Both the position numbers and the translations under genes were made by a program. Of a stretch of DNA of 10,459 bases, positions 6,586 to 10,459 are shown in pieces. This DNA is from Bdellovibrionota bacterium (GTDB lineage: Bacteria > Bdellovibrionota_C > UBA2361 > OMII01). Below the pieces are notes generated by a model, which saw only the letters and a list, made by a program, of their open reading frames with translations, made no database searches and had not been told where the DNA came from. The DNA is taken from the NCBI GenBank assembly GCA_044356215.1, contig JBIKWQ010000097.1, positions 1 through 10,459 on the forward strand. The letters run 5' to 3'. Within the stretch, counting starts at the first letter, position 1; the number at the start of each line of letters is the position of its first letter.

Positions 6586-7905
6586 ATGAAAGCCTCCCGG
6601 TTATACAAAGCAAAGCTAGCCGCGTTAATAGCGACGCTGCTACTCGTTCCATTCCAATCGATAAATGCTGAGCCCGATCTACCAAAAGGTGTCGGGCCAC
6701 TTCCAGATCCAGCAAAAGGAGCTAAAGCGGGAGCGTTAGTTACCCCCGAGCACTCAGCGCTTTACAAAACGCTTCTGTTACCTGAGTTGGCCAAGCTAAA
6801 CGAGCAGGGCGAGTTTGTGTTTGAGGCCCTTCGCGCGCCTAAAGAGCCAACACGCTTTACCGCTAACCAAGTAGCTAGAGAGGCTTTTACAGCTCCTTCT
6901 GCAAACGGCGAACTGAAAACAAAAGAACTTTCTGGCTTGCCGACCCCTTTATTTAATTTGGGGAATACAGCTAGTGGAGATCTGACTCAGGCCGCGTATA
7001 AGATCTTGTGGAACGCGGCGTCGTTAGGATGGAAAAACGCTTACCAATCATCAGAGCTCTCTCTCCTTCTTTTTAAAGCGCCAGACAGTGAGCCGCATAA
7101 GCTAGGATTTGGGATTGAGCGGATCTATCCATCAAAGATGGGGTTACAGCTAGGAGGATTAGACCCAGTCTTTAGAGAGAGAATCTCTGCCAGCACGCCA
7201 GAGGCGATCAAGGGATTAGCCTGGCTTACCTTGAGATTCTTTGGGCAGGATCCGGATTTTGTTTGGGCCGCTTCTCCAGTCGTTAACCGAGTTAGACAAA
7301 TAACTGGAAGTAATCGTTCCGACTCTATTTTTACGGGTGTCTTCTCACCTGATGATCTATTTGTTTGGTCCGGCAAAGTTGAGTTGGCCGAGCCATCGGC
7401 TTTATCGTTAGTTTCACTTTTGATTCCGATACTGGAAGACCCAAATTTAAAGGGCGAAAAGAGCGATGACTGTTCGGTGTATTCGTATAAAGACGATAAC
7501 GCTGTAAGTTTTAATTATCAGAGCGCGCGCTTTAAGGGGGCGGGGAAGTGGGTGCCTTCTAATGTGATTATGGTACCCCGTCAAGTTTGGAGGATCGAGA
7601 TGACCAAACGTGATCCGTTCTCGCTCGATACTAGAGAGACACTTTATGTCGATAAAGATACAGGGATGCCTATTTACCGAGTGGTTTGGGATCAGGGTGG
7701 TAGGTTGCGTAAGGTAACTGTTGGATTTATGCGCTCGGTAGAGTCAGCGGAAGCGCAGCCGGAGCCGCAGCTAGCTGGTCAGGTGATCCTATCTGGAAAT
7801 GGAACCTCAAGGCTTGCGTTAGTATACGATTCCTTAAAGCTCTGCCCGAATTTTCCGCGGGGTAAAACGATAACGGATTTTGATCCTAGTTTGTTTGTTA
7901 AGTAA
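6586..7905 (+). CDS. Exported DUF1329 / outer-membrane lipoprotein-sorting (LolA-like) family protein
   Basis: N-terminal signal peptide (basic residues, a hydrophobic stretch, then INA-E). Family-like segments RVRQITGSNRSDSIFTGVFSPDD and LYVDKDT...VWDQGGRLRK. Confidence 0.7.
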   Translation: MKASRLYKAKLAALIATLLLVPFQSINAEPDLPKGVGPLPDPAKGAKAGALVTPEHSALYKTLLLPELAKLNEQGEFVFEALRAPKEPTRFTANQVAREAFTAPSANGELKTKELSGLPTPLFNLGNTASGDLTQAAYKILWNAASLGWKNAYQSSELSLLLFKAPDSEPHKLGFGIERIYPSKMGLQLGGLDPVFRERISASTPEAIKGLAWLTLRFFGQDPDFVWAASPVVNRVRQITGSNRSDSIFTGVFSPDDLFVWSGKVELAEPSALSLVSLLIPILEDPNLKGEKSDDCSVYSYKDDNAVSFNYQSARFKGAGKWVPSNVIMVPRQVWRIEMTKRDPFSLDTRETLYVDKDTGMPIYRVVWDQGGRLRKVTVGFMRSVESAEAQPEPQLAGQVILSGNGTSRLALVYDSLKLCPNFPRGKTITDFDPSLFVK

Positions 7906-7934
7906 GCGAGGTTTTGCCGGCCTTCCTTAGGTAA

Positions 7935-8372
7935 TTACTTAACCCGCCTCAAATGCCCAACAGCGGCGCGCGGAGTTTTGATTCTCGCTCTTCCCTCGCG
8001 ACGCTCAAGCTCAGCGTTGCGCTCCTCTTGAGTCAGAACCAGATGAAGAATGTCAGGTGGTGTGGAATCAGTCCAAACATACTCCTCACCACGCACTGAA
8101 GACGCGCCCCAGATGCTGCCCCACGGAATCACGCATGTAAAATACTCAGAACCAAATAGCAGCTCAGCAGTGATCTTGTTGTCATCAGTAGAGAGCCGGC
8201 CCTTAAAGAAGCGACTTAGGCGTAAAGTAACAGTGCGGTTATCCATCAAGTATGGAGGCATGACGACACCATTAAAAGCTGGATTGATATGCACTAGAAC
8301 TTGTTCGTCATTCAAAAGACGCTCGACAGTGGTTTGCTGATTAGCTTGAGTTCTGTTTTCGGTAGTCATCAT
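7935..8372 (-). CDS. sspB: ClpXP protease specificity-enhancing factor SspB-like adaptor
   Basis: GVVMPPYL, LLFG...CVIPWGSIWG core, and C-terminal HLRRVK matching the ClpX-binding tail of SspB (LRVVK in E. coli). Confidence 0.85.
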   Translation of the reverse strand: MMTTENRTQANQQTTVERLLNDEQVLVHINPAFNGVVMPPYLMDNRTVTLRLSRFFKGRLSTDDNKITAELLFGSEYFTCVIPWGSIWGASSVRGEEYVWTDSTPPDILHLVLTQEERNAELERREGRARIKTPRAAVGHLRRVK

Positions 8373-8631
8373 TTTAAATCTCTTCCCATGGACTCGTTCA
8401 CAACGCTTCCCCTACGAGCCCTAAATGAAAATCAGAGCCAGCTCGTTCACATATCAGGTATAGATGCAGGGTTTGCTAGATGAGCTTCGTTTGGTTTTAA
8501 AGAACTAGTCACCCGATCTAGAAGGGAGAGCTGTAAATGTCATAAGAGCCTGAAATCGCATGTTAAATTGCTTGACTTGCTTGCTTCTCCTGCTTCTCCA
8601 AATTGGACCGCGGCGCTCCCGCGCCGCCCTG

Positions 8632-8660
8632 TTGCCTTATAGGATCCCAAAGCGTACCCT
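8632..8660 (+). promoter_or_regulatory. Putative sigma70 promoter of the ArnT-family gene
   Basis: TTGCCT (8632-8637), 17-bp spacer, TACCCT (8655-8660), ending 10 bp before ATG 8671. Confidence 0.4.
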
Positions 8661-8670
8661 CGCCATCACC

Positions 8671-10356
8671 ATGACGAATAGCAATCTCTTAAAGCAGGCT
8701 TTTATTCTGGTAATCGCATGCGCATCGCTCCTTGCTCTGCCTTGGCTTGAGCGTCCTTTTCACACACGGGGCGAGCCACGTGAAGCTTTAGTAGCGCAGT
8801 CGATGTTAAAGACGGGTAACTGGATCTCTCCTCCAGCCTACGATGGCGCGGTGCCTTCAAAGCCACCTTTCTCTCACTGGCTAATAGCAATCGCGTCTCT
8901 TCCAGGGGGAGAAGTAACAGAGGCCACATCAAGACTACCTTCAGCCGTGGCGATAATAGTTTTTAGCGCGGCGTTCTTCGCTTTCTTAAGTAAACGTGTG
9001 TCACAAGATGTAGCTTTAGCTACATCTTTGATTCTTTTATCAAGTAGCGAGTGGTTTCGCGCAGCCTCAACGTGTCGTGTCGATACCATTCTGGCAACTA
9101 GTATGGCGGGGGCGATGTTAGCTTTGTACGCTTGGTGGGAGCGCGATTTTAAGGGGATTCCGTGGCTAGCTTTAGTTTTGACATCGTTTGCCGCGCTCAC
9201 AAAGGGACCAGTCGGGATAGTTTTACCAGTTGGTCTCTTCTCCCTATTTTGTTGGATTAGAAGTGGGGCAGGAGCTCGGATCCTATTCCCGATCGCGCTC
9301 CGAGGTTTATACGTGGCAGTCCCAGTGGCACTAATAGTGTCAATTTGGTACATCCTTGGATATCTAGATCGCGGCGAAGCTTTTATAGATAAGATTCGTT
9401 ACGAGAACTTCGAGCGTTTCACGAGCCAGATGGCGGACGAGCCGCACAAGCACTCAGCGGCCTACATGGTCGGGATGCTACTTCTTGGGTTGTTGCCGTG
9501 GAGTATCCCCTTAATCCTAGCGGCGCTTTCTGCTTTGAGGCGAGGTGATTTATCGCTCAAAGGGGTTCTTCAAAAATATCTCACTAATTGGCGCTCTCTT
9601 TCACCGCTATATCAGTACTCGTGGATAGTATCGCTTGGAGTGTTTGTATTTTTTTGTATCCCTTCTAGTAAGCGCAGCGTTTATCTTCTGCCGATGTATC
9701 CATGCGTGGCGCTTTTAATCGAGAGCGCCCTGAGACGTATAGCCACTCACGCAGCGAAGTTTTTCACCATTCCCACAAAGATTATCACAGCCTCTGCCGC
9801 GTCTATTTTAGTGTGCGCGGTTGTCTTAAATATTACTAAGTTCTCAGGCGTCTCCTTAGATCCAAGCGCCTTATTAGAGAGCATGCGGGTCACAAAGCTA
9901 TTATCGGTTCTATTAATTCCGGCGCTTATCTTGTGGCTCGCAAATCAAGTGTCGAGGGAGGCTTTTAATAGGCCCGTTGAGAAGCTAGCCGGCGCGGTGC
10001 TACTCGCGGTAGTAGCTATTAGTTTCTTTGTTTACGATTCGGTAGCATGGCAGTTGTCTCCTAAGAAGTGGCTAAACGATCCAGCTTTAGTAAAGGTGCT
10101 AAACAGCGAACCAAATCCAAGACTACTATCATTTGGTAGCGAAGCTTACGGAGCCAGCTTTTACCTAGAGCGACCGTTCTCACGCGCGGTTCCAGGAGGT
10201 GATATTCCAACAGGATCGCTAGTCTTCATGGAGGCAAGGAAGCTGCAAGATTTCCAGCAGCAGCTTGGATTGCGAAGCGAGGAGGTGATCCGTTATTCAA
10301 GTGGGGTTGAGAGTAGCAAGAAAGATCTGGTGGTGGTTAGGGTGGTTGGGGGGTAG
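8671..10356 (+). CDS. ArnT/PMT-family (GT-C fold) membrane glycosyltransferase
   Basis: GEPREALVAQSMLKTGNWISP, SKPPFSHW, SRLPSA, LTKGPVG, LLPWS, SKRSVYLLPMYP and many hydrophobic helices. ATG 8671 preferred to 8560 because the family N-terminus begins there. Confidence 0.9.
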   Translation: MTNSNLLKQAFILVIACASLLALPWLERPFHTRGEPREALVAQSMLKTGNWISPPAYDGAVPSKPPFSHWLIAIASLPGGEVTEATSRLPSAVAIIVFSAAFFAFLSKRVSQDVALATSLILLSSSEWFRAASTCRVDTILATSMAGAMLALYAWWERDFKGIPWLALVLTSFAALTKGPVGIVLPVGLFSLFCWIRSGAGARILFPIALRGLYVAVPVALIVSIWYILGYLDRGEAFIDKIRYENFERFTSQMADEPHKHSAAYMVGMLLLGLLPWSIPLILAALSALRRGDLSLKGVLQKYLTNWRSLSPLYQYSWIVSLGVFVFFCIPSSKRSVYLLPMYPCVALLIESALRRIATHAAKFFTIPTKIITASAASILVCAVVLNITKFSGVSLDPSALLESMRVTKLLSVLLIPALILWLANQVSREAFNRPVEKLAGAVLLAVVAISFFVYDSVAWQLSPKKWLNDPALVKVLNSEPNPRLLSFGSEAYGASFYLERPFSRAVPGGDIPTGSLVFMEARKLQDFQQQLGLRSEEVIRYSSGVESSKKDLVVVRVVGG

Positions 10357-10408
10357 GGCGTCGCAGTGTTTTTGGTAAGTTACGGAGACAATTAGTAAAA
10401 TATTTTTT

Positions 10409-10435
10409 ACCACAGAGGACGCAGAGGACACAGAG
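10409..10435 (+). repeat. 9-bp tandem REP-like repeat ACCACAGAGGACGCAGAGGACACAGAG
   Basis: Units CACAGAGGA (10411-10419), CGCAGAGGA (10420-10428) and CACAGAG (10429-10435) in intergenic DNA after the ArnT-family gene. Confidence 0.6.
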
Positions 10436-10459
10436 AAAACCCCATAATTGCCCATAAAA

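Noticed and set aside
4989..9353. ORFs 4989-5513, 6503-6715, 7125-7376, 8050-8340, 8301-8483, 8702-8932 and 8874-9353
   Set aside because: Antisense shadows of metF, nuoI, the DUF1329-like gene, sspB and the ArnT-family gene, with no motifs.
10409..10459. CRISPR array at the window end
   Set aside because: Repeat units are only 7-9 bp (CACAGAGGA, CCCATAA) with no spacers, and no cas genes are present.

Overview
Bacterial chromosomal window made up mostly of housekeeping genes. Gene content suggests a deltaproteobacteria-like or Bdellovibrionota-like Gram-negative organism (inference only). Order: alr (+), a 539-aa orphan with C-terminal ankyrin repeats (-), rsmE (-), a DsbA/GST-kappa (HCCA isomerase) family protein (-), a ~450-bp divergent intergenic region, a stand-alone YitJ-type MTHFR (+), an isolated nuoI-like 2x[4Fe-4S] gene (+), a DUF1329/LolA-like exported protein (+), sspB (-) and an ArnT-family glycosyltransferase (+). 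The most notable feature is non-coding: 4631-4866 folds into a closed multi-stem structure whose G-U wobbles favour the + strand. It is a candidate ~236-nt structured ncRNA with short motifs reminiscent of the raiA motif RNA, and it lies upstream of the MTHFR gene. Repeat/MITE-like elements lie at both window edges.
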